64,000 bases of DNA from Sphingobacteriales bacterium (GCA_021299095.1 JAJTFW010000002.1:138133-202132); one strand, 5' to 3'. Counted from the first letter of the stretch, positions 30,632 to 40,976 are shown. Program-made: numbers and translations. Notes: generated by a model not told the origin, from the sequence alone.

Positions 30632-32740
30632 TCAGCTGATACGACTGTAATTCGCATCGGCGCGATCCATTTCACTCAAACGCTCCATCAATACGGCATT
30701 CGCAGGCTGGATCAACTTCGGATCCAGTTCGACCAGTTTAGCGGCCGCACTTCGCGCCTCTTCTAAAATCTGCTGATCCCTGGCCAGGGAAGCGATTCGC
30801 AAATCAAGCACACCACTTTGCTGCGTACCGGTAATATCCCCTGGTCCGCGAAGTTCCAGGTCAACCTCCGCAATCCGGAATCCGTCATTCGTTTCACACA
30901 TTGTTCGCATGCGCTTTCGAGCATCATTCCCCAACTTTTCGCCCGTCATCAGGACGCAATAGCTCTGCTCGGCACCACGTCCTACCCGACCTCGCAGCTG
31001 ATGCAATTGAGACAAGCCGAATCGCTCAGCACTTTCGATGATCATGATCGAGGCATTGGGCACATTGACACCTACTTCGATGACCGTCGTAGCGACCATG
31101 ATATTGGATGTACCCGATTTGAACATTTGCATGGCCAGATCTTTTTCCTCGGATTTCATTTTTCCATGCACAATACAAACCCGGTATTGTGGCGGAGGGA
31201 AATCGCGACAGATTCCTTCGAAACCAGACACGAGGTTGGCGTAATCCATTTTCTCGGATTCATCGATCAGGGGATACACGATATATACCTGCCGGCCTTT
31301 ACCAATTTCATCCCGAATAAATCCGTTTACCGACAGACGATTCGCCTCGGTTTTGTGGAGCGTACGAATCGGCTTACGGCCCGGTGGTAATTCGTCGATC
31401 ACCGAGGTATCGAGATCTCCGTACAGCGTCATTGCGAGGGTACGGGGAATGGGTGTAGCTGTCATGACCAGGACATGCGGCACATCCTCGTCTTTCTTCC
31501 AAAGCCGAGCCCGCTGCTCCACTCCGAATCGATGCTGTTCATCAATTACAACGAGTCCGATGTTTTTGAACCTGACCCGATCTTCAATCAAGGCATGAGT
31601 TCCGACCAAAATCTGCAATTCACCTTGTTCAAGATCACTCAGTAATTGCCGGCGCTGAGCAGCACGTGTGCTTCCGGTAAGCAAACCGATTCGAACACCC
31701 GTGTTTTCCAGCATGGCGGCTAATGACTGAAAATGCTGTTGTGCAAGAATTTCTGTTGGTGCCATCAAACAGGCCTGCATCCCGTTATCAAGCACCATAA
31801 GCATACACAGCAAGGCGACAATGGTTTTACCACTACCCACATCGCCCTGCAATAGCCTGTTCATTTGCTTACCACTGCCCATATCCAAACGGATTTCCTT
31901 CAAGACACGCTTCTGCGCACCAGTCAAGGCAAAGGGCAAATGATGCTCGTAAAACCGATTGAAAAAATCGCCGATCTTGGGAACGGGTTTGCCGCGAAGC
32001 GCTTCAGACCGCTCTGATTTTGCTCGCAGGAGGCGCAACTGAATGAAAAAAAGCTCTTCGAACTTCAGGCGATGTGTGGCCAATGAAAGCCTGCTTTCAT
32101 CGGGTGGCTGATGAATCCCAACCAGTGCATCGCGTCGACTAAGCAACCCGTGTGCAGCACGAATCGAATCAGGTAATGTGTCGCGCAAGTGCTGCGGAAC
32201 CATCGCCACAAGCGTCCGCATTAACTTCTGGAGCCCCTTGCTGTCGAGCCCCTTCGCCTTGCATTTTTCCGTTGTGCTGTAAATACCTGCTAGGGAAGGG
32301 CCGCTTAGTTGCTCCATCCGAGCCGCCTCTTCGAGCTCAGGATGCACCATGTTTAAACGACCGTTGAATACACCTGGTTTACCGAAAACCACATAGTCCA
32401 AATCTGGTTTTAAACTGTCTTTAATCCAGCGTATTCCCTGAAACCACACAAGCTCCAGGTGACCGGTACCATCCGAAAAAGTTGCAGAAAGCCGTGTAAT
32501 GCGCTTCCCACCGTGAGCCGTAATTTTTGAAATACGTCCTTTAAGCTGAACATACGGCATGTCGTCATTAAGTTCCGAAATCCGATAGAACTTTGATCGA
32601 TCAATGTACCTGAAGGGAAAGTGGTGCAACAGGTCACCGAAATTCGCAATACCAAGTTCCTTTCGGAGGAGCTCTGCGCGCTGGGGTCCTACACCTTTTA
32701 GGTATTCGACCGGGGTTGACAGAAATTCGCCACGCTGCAT
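30632..32740 (-). CDS. recG: ATP-dependent DNA helicase RecG
   Basis: LKGVGP, RLLQGDVGSGKT, DEQHRFGV, MTATPIPRT, QLHQLRGRVGRG and DLELRGPG. Confidence 0.98.
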   Translation of the reverse strand: MQRGEFLSTPVEYLKGVGPQRAELLRKELGIANFGDLLHHFPFRYIDRSKFYRISELNDDMPYVQLKGRISKITAHGGKRITRLSATFSDGTGHLELVWFQGIRWIKDSLKPDLDYVVFGKPGVFNGRLNMVHPELEEAARMEQLSGPSLAGIYSTTEKCKAKGLDSKGLQKLMRTLVAMVPQHLRDTLPDSIRAAHGLLSRRDALVGIHQPPDESRLSLATHRLKFEELFFIQLRLLRAKSERSEALRGKPVPKIGDFFNRFYEHHLPFALTGAQKRVLKEIRLDMGSGKQMNRLLQGDVGSGKTIVALLCMLMVLDNGMQACLMAPTEILAQQHFQSLAAMLENTGVRIGLLTGSTRAAQRRQLLSDLEQGELQILVGTHALIEDRVRFKNIGLVVIDEQHRFGVEQRARLWKKDEDVPHVLVMTATPIPRTLAMTLYGDLDTSVIDELPPGRKPIRTLHKTEANRLSVNGFIRDEIGKGRQVYIVYPLIDESEKMDYANLVSGFEGICRDFPPPQYRVCIVHGKMKSEEKDLAMQMFKSGTSNIMVATTVIEVGVNVPNASIMIIESAERFGLSQLHQLRGRVGRGAEQSYCVLMTGEKLGNDARKRMRTMCETNDGFRIAEVDLELRGPGDITGTQQSGVLDLRIASLARDQQILEEARSAAAKLVELDPKLIQPANAVLMERLSEMDRADANYSRIS

Positions 32741-32775
32741 ATAGGCAAAAGTAATCGGCGCCGTGCTTAGGTGAT

Positions 32776-32804
32776 AAAAAAAATCCCGCCTAAGTAGGCG
32801 GGAT
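32776..32804 (-). terminator. Rho-independent terminator of the cold-shock gene
   Basis: Stem atcccgcct/aggcgggat with a long U-tract on the minus strand. Confidence 0.85.
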
Positions 32805-32827
32805 AAGAAGCTCTGAAAGTTGCCGGT

Positions 32828-33022
32828 TTATTGCACTTTTTTCACGTCCACAGCGTTGAGGCCTTTGCGGCCCTCAATGATCTCGTAGCTGACAAGATCG
32901 TTTTCACGAATCTTGTCTACTAGACCGCTGTGGTGAACGAAGATCTCCTTGTTTGATTCGTCTTCAACGATGAAGCCATAGCCCTTGGCCTCATTGAAGA
33001 ATTTTACTTTACCTGTTTTCAT
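32828..33022 (-). CDS. Cold-shock protein (CSD)
   Basis: MKTGKVKFFNEAKGYGFI...EIFVHHSGL. TATCTTTG -7 element at 33048-33055. Confidence 0.95.
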   Translation of the reverse strand: MKTGKVKFFNEAKGYGFIVEDESNKEIFVHHSGLVDKIRENDLVSYEIIEGRKGLNAVDVKKVQ

Positions 33023-33136
33023 TGATTAAATTGATGATGATGTGTTACAAAGATATTTAATGGATTCACATCCGCAAGTATTTCCGCATTTTCGTATTCC
33101 CTTTTTTCACGCCCCTGAACAGATCTCCAAATCACC

Positions 33137-34762
33137 ATGAAAACCCTTTCCGGCCGCCTCGTAGACATCCCGAATCGAACCATCCAAAATGCCCTCATCC
33201 ACATAGAAGGGGGCATAATCCGCGCCATTGAACACGCCGAAACGGTTGATCCCGTTTACTTGTGCCCGGGCTTTGTGGATGCACATATCCACATCGAAAG
33301 CTCGATGCTGGTACCGTATGAATTCGCCCGAATCGCATTGACACATGGCACTGTGGCGACCATCAGCGATCCCCATGAAATTGCCAATGTGTGTGGTGTT
33401 GAAGGGGTCGAATACATGCTTGACAACGCCCGGAATGCAAAACTGAAGTTTCATTTTGGGGCGCCATCATGCGTACCGGCTACGGGTTTCGAGACGGCGG
33501 GTGCCACCATTGGCCCTGAGGCTGTGGACGCTCTTCTGGCCCGTCATGACATTCACTACCTGAGCGAGGTGATGAACTTTCCGGGTGTACTGAACGGCCA
33601 GGACGATGTGATGCAGAAAATCGCAGCCGCCAAGAAACATCGCAAACCGATCGATGGTCACGCACCCGGACTTCGTGGTGAAACGGCGGGCCGCTACATT
33701 GCCAACGGAATCAGTACCGACCATGAATGCTTCACGCTCGAAGAGGCCTTGGAAAAACTTTCCTACGGAATGAAAATCCTTATCCGGGAGGGATCAGCAG
33801 CCAGGAATTTCGAGGCCCTTCACCCGCTTCTTGGTAGTCATCCGGGTATGTGCATGTTGTGCAGTGATGATATGCATCCCGACGAACTCCTGCTTGGGCA
33901 CATCAATCGTTTGGTGGCACGGGCAGTGGCTCAGGGATACGACTTATTCGACGTGCTACACGCAGCTTGTATACACCCGGTTGAACATTACAGGATGCAA
34001 AACGGCCTGCTTCGCATTGGAGACCCGGCCGATTTCATTGTGCTCGAGAACCTAAGCGATTTCCGGGTAAAGCAGACTTATATCGACGGAGAGTGCGTTG
34101 CAAGCGATGGGACCTGCGTGCTCGCCCCGATCAGTCACAATTGCATTAACCGCTTTCAGGAAAGGATGGTATCTGAAGAGGAGTTCAGCGTAAAAGATGA
34201 GCACAATTTCATTCGGATCATAGAAGCCAGAGACGGACAATTAATAACCGGCGAGGTGCATGATCGACCCAAAGTGGAAAGCGGCTTCCTGGTTTCGGAT
34301 ACAGAACGGGATATTTTGAAAATGGCGGTGGTGAATCGCTACACGGACACCAAGGTGTCTGTAGGATTTATCCGCAACTTCGGCCTGCGCGCGGGAGCCA
34401 TCGCCTCGACCGTAGCACACGACTCCCACAACATCATCGTTACCGGAACAAGCGATCGTGAAATTGCCCACGCTGTGAACCTGCTGATGAAAAATCGGGG
34501 TGGACTGTGTGTAGTGAACAAAGGTGAGGAACATGTATTGCCGCTGCCGGTTGCCGGGCTAATGAGCGACCGGGAGGCAGGCTTTGTGGGACCCCAGTAT
34601 GCAAAACTGGATGCCCTGGCGAAAGAACTTGGGTCGGAACTACGGGCCCCCTTTATGACATTGTCATTCATGGCGTTGCTGGTGATTCCACAACTGAAAC
34701 TGAGCGATCTTGGACTGTTTGATGGCGGACAATTCCAATTCTGTAGTTTACATATCGAATGA
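33137..34762 (+). CDS. ade: Adenine deaminase
   Basis: PGFVDAHIHIESS, DPHEIANV, DGHAPGL, TDHEC, IREGSAA and STVAHDSHN. Confidence 0.95.
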   Translation: MKTLSGRLVDIPNRTIQNALIHIEGGIIRAIEHAETVDPVYLCPGFVDAHIHIESSMLVPYEFARIALTHGTVATISDPHEIANVCGVEGVEYMLDNARNAKLKFHFGAPSCVPATGFETAGATIGPEAVDALLARHDIHYLSEVMNFPGVLNGQDDVMQKIAAAKKHRKPIDGHAPGLRGETAGRYIANGISTDHECFTLEEALEKLSYGMKILIREGSAARNFEALHPLLGSHPGMCMLCSDDMHPDELLLGHINRLVARAVAQGYDLFDVLHAACIHPVEHYRMQNGLLRIGDPADFIVLENLSDFRVKQTYIDGECVASDGTCVLAPISHNCINRFQERMVSEEEFSVKDEHNFIRIIEARDGQLITGEVHDRPKVESGFLVSDTERDILKMAVVNRYTDTKVSVGFIRNFGLRAGAIASTVAHDSHNIIVTGTSDREIAHAVNLLMKNRGGLCVVNKGEEHVLPLPVAGLMSDREAGFVGPQYAKLDALAKELGSELRAPFMTLSFMALLVIPQLKLSDLGLFDGGQFQFCSLHIE

Positions 34763-34775
34763 CAACCATCAACAT

Positions 34776-35066
34776 ATGATGGCTGAAAACATATTATTCG
34801 AATCTGATTTTCTTCCTCGGAGTGCAACTACTTTCGGCTCCGTGAATCTGAGAGCTGTTAAAAGATACATCCTGCTTCCTATGGAATGGATGTTCATCCT
34901 AGGATTTCTAATGTTGTTTTTAAATTCAGGAAAGGACGCCGCTGGCTTTATTTCCGGCCTCACTTTGTTTACGACCCCACTACTCATCTTCTGTGCTGTG
35001 CTTGCTACCATCACAGTCGCGCTTTCCTTTTTTACATGGATTGCCACGGGAAGCACCGAATGCTGA
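34776..35066 (+). CDS. Small hypothetical membrane protein (96 aa)
   Basis: Two hydrophobic segments. Fills the gap between ade and the convergent transpeptidase gene. Confidence 0.45.
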   Translation: MMAENILFESDFLPRSATTFGSVNLRAVKRYILLPMEWMFILGFLMLFLNSGKDAAGFISGLTLFTTPLLIFCAVLATITVALSFFTWIATGSTEC

Positions 35067-35072
35067 GGCGAA

Positions 35073-36692
35073 TCAACTGCCAATCAATTCTTTTGCCACA
35101 ACCGCATCCCTGCCATAAAGGTCCTTTCGGATCTGTAGGACTCCAGCGCTATCCACCCAGGCGGTGAAATAAACAATACGAACTGGCATAGCCAAGCGCA
35201 ATGGTATTCTGTGCTCCCGACCGCTTGCAATCCGTTTGTTGACCTGCTCCGAACGCATTGCACTATCGCCCATGACAAAGCGTAAAACCTTCATTCCGTC
35301 GTAAAGGCGGATGCAACCATGACTAAAACCCCTGTAGGGCTTCGAAAAAATGCCCTTAGAAGGTGTATCGTGCATATATACCGCATGGTTATTCGGGAAG
35401 TGAAATTTCATTCTACCCAATGGGTTGTTCTTGCCGGGTCTTTGCTGTAATCGGTAAGGCAAATCGCGAACTGCCCAATCCTTTAATGGAATACTCCTCG
35501 TTTCCACGCTGCGACCGTTGCGGTCAATCAGCTCGAACTCGTTTCGCTCCAAGTAGTTTTTATCAGCAAGTATTTTCGGCAGCAGCTCCTTGCGAATGAT
35601 ACTCAGCGGCACTACCCAGTATGGATTCAATACGATTTGTTTTATATCGCCGGCGAAGCTTACCGTGGGCCAAAGTTCTTCACCGACAACCACTGGCATA
35701 TCCCACTCCATTTTTCCCTTTGAAAATGCATACAACTTAAAATCGGGTACGTTTACCACCAAGAAACGTTCTGCTTTGGCAGCCTGTAACCAACGACACC
35801 GCTCGAGGTTCACCAGCAACTGCAGCCGGAGTTCGATCGGACTGCGGTTCAACTCGGAAATACATGCCGAATCGAGTTCACCATCGGAAGGCATAGCATG
35901 GCGGACCCGAAACCGTTGAATCCCCTCCAGGATATCAGCCTCAGAAAAGGGCCCTGGTCCTTTGAGATCCCCGAAAACCTTCAAACGCTGCACAACCGCA
36001 TTCGAGTTGTTTATAGAAATTGAATCTGAAGTAGATAATACACTATCCGGTAAAATCCACTCTTTCGTGTTGATGAACCGATTCAAACGCAGCAGTTCTT
36101 TCCGAAGGCGTACATACTGTACAAACCTTCCGAGGTCGAGAAGCTCAACATTGTCCGGATTAGATGTAACCGTATCTACCCAACGGTTCACATCGGGGAA
36201 AAACCGCGGCAGGTACCAGGCCGACTGATTGGCTGCATTGACTGTTTGAGCATTTGTGGTTTTTCGCGCATACCAGAAAAACGCAGCAGAAAGTTGTATA
36301 TCCGTTTTCCAATCGCCCGAATCAGGCAGATGCCCGGTGCTTATCCTTTGGCGCAAGTCGTTCAATCCGGGAAAGGACTCACGCACTCCTTCGACTCCGA
36401 TTGATTCCAGTGCGGAAATAACCGCATAGGCCCGTTCAGACCATGCCAAAGGTGTAGTCCATGCTGCTTCCCAATTTCGCTCCCGATAGACACGAAGTAA
36501 TAGTGCTGTATCATCAACAAGCGAAGAATCGGTCAACAACCAAGCCTTTACACTAATCGAATCGAGCTTCTGATTGAAACGTGGAGCTTCCGACGAAACC
36601 ACTTTCACCTTCGGCATTTCCCTCTTTGAAACGGAGTCGCACGACTGAGCCAGCAGCAGGGAAATCACACTAAAACACAAAATTAAACGCAT
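35073..36692 (-). CDS. L,D-transpeptidase family lipoprotein (YcbB/LdtD-like)
   Basis: Lipobox AQSC. VNLERCRW, VVNVP, QQRPGKNNPLG.MKFHFPN...VYMHDTP and FSHGCIRL (catalytic His/Cys). Confidence 0.9.
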   Translation of the reverse strand: MRLILCFSVISLLLAQSCDSVSKREMPKVKVVSSEAPRFNQKLDSISVKAWLLTDSSLVDDTALLLRVYRERNWEAAWTTPLAWSERAYAVISALESIGVEGVRESFPGLNDLRQRISTGHLPDSGDWKTDIQLSAAFFWYARKTTNAQTVNAANQSAWYLPRFFPDVNRWVDTVTSNPDNVELLDLGRFVQYVRLRKELLRLNRFINTKEWILPDSVLSTSDSISINNSNAVVQRLKVFGDLKGPGPFSEADILEGIQRFRVRHAMPSDGELDSACISELNRSPIELRLQLLVNLERCRWLQAAKAERFLVVNVPDFKLYAFSKGKMEWDMPVVVGEELWPTVSFAGDIKQIVLNPYWVVPLSIIRKELLPKILADKNYLERNEFELIDRNGRSVETRSIPLKDWAVRDLPYRLQQRPGKNNPLGRMKFHFPNNHAVYMHDTPSKGIFSKPYRGFSHGCIRLYDGMKVLRFVMGDSAMRSEQVNKRIASGREHRIPLRLAMPVRIVYFTAWVDSAGVLQIRKDLYGRDAVVAKELIGS

Positions 36693-36713
36693 AGTGGCGG
36701 CTTTAAATGCAAC

Positions 36714-37460
36714 TCAATGCTTCAGCCTTTGCATCACCTTGGTTGCAAATACAAAATCGTCCAGTTCAGCGTTCCCGCTTTGCAGAATATCGGAATAGCT
36801 TCCCTCCCACCATTTCCGTCCTCCATGAATGAACACAATGTGCTGGCCAATTTCTGTCAGCGAGTTCATATCGTGTGTATTTACAACCGTAGTCGTTTTA
36901 AACTCCTGTGTGATATCACGTATCAACTCGTCGATCAGGATTGATGTCTTGGGATCAAGTCCGGAATTGGGTTCATCGCAAAACAAATAGCGCGGATTCA
37001 TGGAAATGGCACGCGCAATCGCAACGCGTTTCTTCATTCCACCCGAGATTTCAGATGGATAGCGCTGGTGGACATCCTTCAGGTTAACCCGTTTAAGACA
37101 AGCATCCGCCCGATCGCGTTTTTCAGAGAGACTCATGCCGGTAAACATATTCAGGGGAAACATCACATTTTCCTCCACGGTGAGAGAATCGAACAATGCA
37201 CCGCCCTGAAACACCATACCGATTTCCTGGCGAATCGGTTTCCGCTGACGAAAATCCATGGAACTGAAGTCCCGTCCATCGAAACGGATACAGCCCTTAT
37301 CCACTTCAAATAGTCCGACCGTACACTTCATCAAAACAGTCTTTCCCATTCCGCTTTGACCGATAATCAGATTCACCTGACCCGATTCGAAGCGACAGGA
37401 AATATTATCCAGCACCTGTTTTGTGCCGAACGACTTCGATATGCCTTCTACCTCTATCAT
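36714..37460 (-). CDS. mlaF: ABC transporter ATP-binding protein, MlaF/Mkl family
   Basis: GQSGMGKT, FQGGALFDS, ISGGMKKRVAIARA and DEPNSGLDP. Confidence 0.85.
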   Translation of the reverse strand: MIEVEGISKSFGTKQVLDNISCRFESGQVNLIIGQSGMGKTVLMKCTVGLFEVDKGCIRFDGRDFSSMDFRQRKPIRQEIGMVFQGGALFDSLTVEENVMFPLNMFTGMSLSEKRDRADACLKRVNLKDVHQRYPSEISGGMKKRVAIARAISMNPRYLFCDEPNSGLDPKTSILIDELIRDITQEFKTTTVVNTHDMNSLTEIGQHIVFIHGGRKWWEGSYSDILQSGNAELDDFVFATKVMQRLKH

Positions 37461-37463
37461 CGA

Positions 37464-38210
37464 TCAGGCCAGGATAAGTTGTGTCAGTATATAATCGAAT
37501 ACCAGGATAGCTGTACTACTGTAGACCACAGCCTTGGTACTGCTTTGACCGACTTCGAGTGCACCCCCTTCTGTAAAATAGCCATGAAAGGCCGATACAC
37601 TTGTAATGATGTAGGCAAATACGAGCGCCTTAATCATAGCAAATACGATGTTGAAGGGCAGAAATTGATCCTGGATCCCCTGGATGTAATCGGCGCTCGG
37701 AACAGTTCCGCTCAGGTCACCGGCAATCCAGCCTCCGAGAATCCCTAAAAACATACTGAGGATGATCACGAAAGGAGTAATGATCAGGCCCGCGACAATC
37801 TTTGGCAGCGTGAGGTAACCGGATGAATTGATGCCCATAATTTCTAAGGCATCAATCTGTTCAGTGACACGCATCGTACCAAGCTCGGAAGCGATACTTG
37901 AACCGACTTTTCCCGCAAGAATGAGCATGATGATGGTCGGAGAAAATTCCAAAATGATGGAATCACGGGCAACGATACCCACAGCGTACAAGGGCACCAT
38001 TGGGTTTACCAGATTGTAGGCACTTTGAATAGTGATCACAGCTCCCATGAACACAGAGGTGAGGGCAACGATTCCCAAGGCCCCGACTCCAATTCGAACG
38101 AGTTCATGCATCACCTGCTTGTAGTAAACACTGAACTTTTCAGGCTTCATGAATAGACTTCCCATGAAAATCCAGTAGCGTCCAATCGCATAAAGGGTCT
38201 TTCTGATCAC
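37464..38210 (-). CDS. mlaE: ABC transporter permease, MlaE family
   Basis: AGKVGSSIASELGTMRVTEQIDALEIMG and GGALEVGQSSTKAVV. Confidence 0.9.
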   Translation of the reverse strand: MIRKTLYAIGRYWIFMGSLFMKPEKFSVYYKQVMHELVRIGVGALGIVALTSVFMGAVITIQSAYNLVNPMVPLYAVGIVARDSIILEFSPTIIMLILAGKVGSSIASELGTMRVTEQIDALEIMGINSSGYLTLPKIVAGLIITPFVIILSMFLGILGGWIAGDLSGTVPSADYIQGIQDQFLPFNIVFAMIKALVFAYIITSVSAFHGYFTEGGALEVGQSSTKAVVYSSTAILVFDYILTQLILA

Positions 38211-38301
38211 CGGTGCAAATTAGCGAATGGCCTTTCCACGCAGCTGAAATCTCTGAACGACTTTCAAACAGGAATTACACGTGTGCCCGTACATTTGTTG
38301 C

Positions 38302-38454
38302 ATGAGAACCCTCTGGCGAATCTTGATTTGGGGCATTGTGATGGCAGGCACATCCTCCTGCGGTCTGTTCAAAAAGGGCTGCGATTGCCCGAAGTGGGGA
38401 CAAAAGCCGGCATCAGATCGTCCGAGCGTGGTATATGAGGAGAATCACTCCTGA
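38302..38454 (+). CDS. Small Cys-rich lipoprotein (50 aa; not in the ORF track)
   Basis: MRTLWRILIWGIVMAGTSS-CGLFKKGCDCPKWGQKPASDRPSVVYEENHS*. Signal peptide II with TSSC lipobox; TACATTTG -7 element at 38290-38297. Confidence 0.72.
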   Translation: MRTLWRILIWGIVMAGTSSCGLFKKGCDCPKWGQKPASDRPSVVYEENHS

Positions 38455-38538
38455 TTAATTGTTTGATTATCAATTTTATAAGCCCTTAATCCGGTTTCTT
38501 CTTTTGCAATCAGTCCGGTCTGCCTATTTTCGTATCAC

Positions 38539-38555
38539 TTTAGATTTAATCTAAA
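38539..38555. promoter_or_regulatory. Putative Fur (iron repressor) operator upstream of feoA
   Basis: Perfect 8-1-8 inverted repeat TTTAGATT-T-AATCTAAA, 10 nt before the feoA ATG and just downstream of a TATTTTCG -7-like element (38525-38532). Confidence 0.7.
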
Positions 38556-38565
38556 TAAAAAAGGT

Positions 38566-38805
38566 ATGCTGTGTGAAACCAAACGTTTGTCGAGCCTTCA
38601 TCAGGGTGACTCAGCCATTATAGAGTCTTTTTCTGACGATCGTGTCAAACAGCAGCTTTTGGAAATGGGTTGTTTACCAGGCGAGAAGGTGACCATCGAT
38701 CGCTTTGCTCCGCTGGGATGTCCGATGGCAATCCAGGTGAATGGTTACACCCTTGGTCTTCGCACTGAAGAGGCAGCCTCCATTCTCGTCAAACCTCTTC
38801 AGTAA
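38566..38805 (+). CDS. feoA: Ferrous iron transport protein A
   Basis: LLEMGCLPG...APLGCPMAI...LRTEEA. Confidence 0.93.
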   Translation: MLCETKRLSSLHQGDSAIIESFSDDRVKQQLLEMGCLPGEKVTIDRFAPLGCPMAIQVNGYTLGLRTEEAASILVKPLQ

Positions 38806-38816
38806 AACCATTTCCG

Positions 38817-40976
38817 GTGAAAGACGGGAGCCAATCCGCAGGCACAAGCGATCGGGCGCTGAGAGTTGCGCTTGCGGGTAACCCGAACAGTGGTAAGAGC
38901 AGCGTTTTCAACTCCCTGACGGGCCTACACCAGAAGGTAGCCAATTTTCCGGGCGTAACGGTTGAAAAGAAGACCGGCCAATGCACCATTTACAATTCCT
39001 CCACAGGTGTTCCGACCCGCTTCGAGGTCATTGATCTTCCGGGAACTTACAGCCTCTATCCCAAGTCGCCCGATGAACGCATTCCATTCGAGGTTTTATG
39101 TGATCCGCACAACCCCAGCCACCCGGACCTTGTTTTGCTCATCGCCGATGGAACCAACCTGAAGCGCAGTCTGTTCCTGGCCAGCCAGGTAGTAGACCTG
39201 AAACTACCGTGTGTGCTCGTTCTGAACATGATGGACCTTGTGCTTGCATCGGGTACACAAATCGATGTGCGGGATCTCGAACGCAGAATTGGCGTGCGCG
39301 TTGTTCCAATCAATGCGCGTAAAGAAGAAGGCATTGAAGAACTGAAGCAAGTCATGGTTGGTGCGACTCCGGTTCCGGAAAAAGACGTGCTTGAAACCAC
39401 TGAACTTGCGCCGAAACTCATCCGCGGGCTCCGTGATTTGCTGAAGCTGCGTAGCGATTATTCGGCCATGCAAATCGCGCAGCATCGTGATTCGCTCGGG
39501 CAATTTGGTTTTGAAAAACAACTGATCGAGGAAGCAGGGCAACTGATTGATTCAACCGGGTTCAATCTCGAAAAGCTGAAATCGTATGAGACCTTGGAGC
39601 GATACAAGGTCATTCAGGAAATTTTGCGCCACGTTGTAACGGACCCCAAGACACCCCGAGCACCGGGAATCAGCCAGCGCATCGACCGTCTGCTAATGCA
39701 TCGCGTGTGGGGATACGTGTTCTTCTTATTTATTCTCTTCCTCATGTTTCAGGCCATCTTCAGTATCGCTGAATGGCCTATGAACTTCATTGACGAGACC
39801 TTTGCCGGATTAAGCGAACTTGTTCGGGAAGCACTTCCAGCAGGTATGCTCAACGATTTGGTAGTTGATGGTATTCTGGCAGGCATCGGCGGAATCATCA
39901 TTTTCATCCCCCAAATCGCTCTGCTGTTCACATTCATTGCCATCCTGGAAGACAGTGGCTACATGGCCCGTGTCAGTTTTCTAATGGACAAACTGATGCG
40001 GAAATTCGGACTCAACGGACGCTCGGTGATTCCCTTGATTAGCGGAGCAGCCTGTGCTGTACCGGCTATTTTATCGACCCGTACCATTGGCAGCTGGAAG
40101 GAACGTCTGATTACCATTTTTGTCACTCCCCTGATGAGTTGTTCGGCCAGACTACCGGTATACACTTTGCTAGTCGGTTTGGTGGTGCCACAAGGAAGCT
40201 TTGCCGGCATCATGAGCTTGCAGGGACTCGCTATGATGGCACTGTATCTGATTGGCTTCCTTGCTGCAATCGGCTCTGCCGCTCTTATGAAGTATATAGT
40301 AAAAGCCCGCGAGCGCGCCTATTTCATCATGGAAATTCCGGTTTACCGAACACCCCGTTGGTCGAACATCCTATACTCCATCCTTGAAAAAATCCGCATC
40401 TTTTTGTTCGATGCCGGCAAGGTGATCATTGCCATCAGCATCGTGCTTTGGTTTCTTTCATCACGCGGACCTGGGAGTACATTCAGCCGCCTGGAAGAAC
40501 AGCACGATTTCTTAGAAGCCTCTGCGAACACCAGTCACGATAGCCTGGCAAAACTGCAGTCGGAAATGCTTGCGACATCCTATGCGGGTCGAATCGGGCA
40601 CTGGCTTGAGCCGGCCATCGCACCGCTGGGCTTCGATTGGAAAATCGGCATCGCCCTTGTGACCTCTTTCGCGGCCCGAGAGGTCTTTGTAGGCACCATG
40701 ACCACCATTTACAGCGTTGGCCAATCGGACGAAGATGCCCTAACGGTGCGCGAGAAAATGCGCTCGGAAACCGACCCCATAAGTGGAAAACCACGATACG
40801 ATTCGGCAACAGGTTGGTCGCTGATGATCTTTTACGCTTTTGCGATGCAATGCATGAGCACACTGGCTGTGGTGCGACGTGAGACCGGCGGTTGGAAATG
40901 GCCTACACTCCAGTTTCTCTACCTTTCGGCCCTGGCTTATTTCAGCAGCCTGATTGTTTATCAGGTTCTTTCCTGA
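38817..40976 (+). CDS. feoB: Ferrous iron transport protein B
   Basis: GNPNSGKS, NFPGVTVE, DLPGTYSL, NMMD, EDSGYMAR, SCSARLPVY and AAREVFV. Confidence 0.97.
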   Translation: MKDGSQSAGTSDRALRVALAGNPNSGKSSVFNSLTGLHQKVANFPGVTVEKKTGQCTIYNSSTGVPTRFEVIDLPGTYSLYPKSPDERIPFEVLCDPHNPSHPDLVLLIADGTNLKRSLFLASQVVDLKLPCVLVLNMMDLVLASGTQIDVRDLERRIGVRVVPINARKEEGIEELKQVMVGATPVPEKDVLETTELAPKLIRGLRDLLKLRSDYSAMQIAQHRDSLGQFGFEKQLIEEAGQLIDSTGFNLEKLKSYETLERYKVIQEILRHVVTDPKTPRAPGISQRIDRLLMHRVWGYVFFLFILFLMFQAIFSIAEWPMNFIDETFAGLSELVREALPAGMLNDLVVDGILAGIGGIIIFIPQIALLFTFIAILEDSGYMARVSFLMDKLMRKFGLNGRSVIPLISGAACAVPAILSTRTIGSWKERLITIFVTPLMSCSARLPVYTLLVGLVVPQGSFAGIMSLQGLAMMALYLIGFLAAIGSAALMKYIVKARERAYFIMEIPVYRTPRWSNILYSILEKIRIFLFDAGKVIIAISIVLWFLSSRGPGSTFSRLEEQHDFLEASANTSHDSLAKLQSEMLATSYAGRIGHWLEPAIAPLGFDWKIGIALVTSFAAREVFVGTMTTIYSVGQSDEDALTVREKMRSETDPISGKPRYDSATGWSLMIFYAFAMQCMSTLAVVRRETGGWKWPTLQFLYLSALAYFSSLIVYQVLS

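Noticed and set aside
33023..33136. Purine riboswitch upstream of ade (and ZMP riboswitch upstream of purH)
   Set aside because: No aptamer consensus is visible, and the leaders are short and occupied by promoter elements.
36714..38210. mlaE-mlaF without mlaD/mlaC
   Set aside because: Split mla/mce genes are usual in Bacteroidota, so this is not informative without the rest of the genome.
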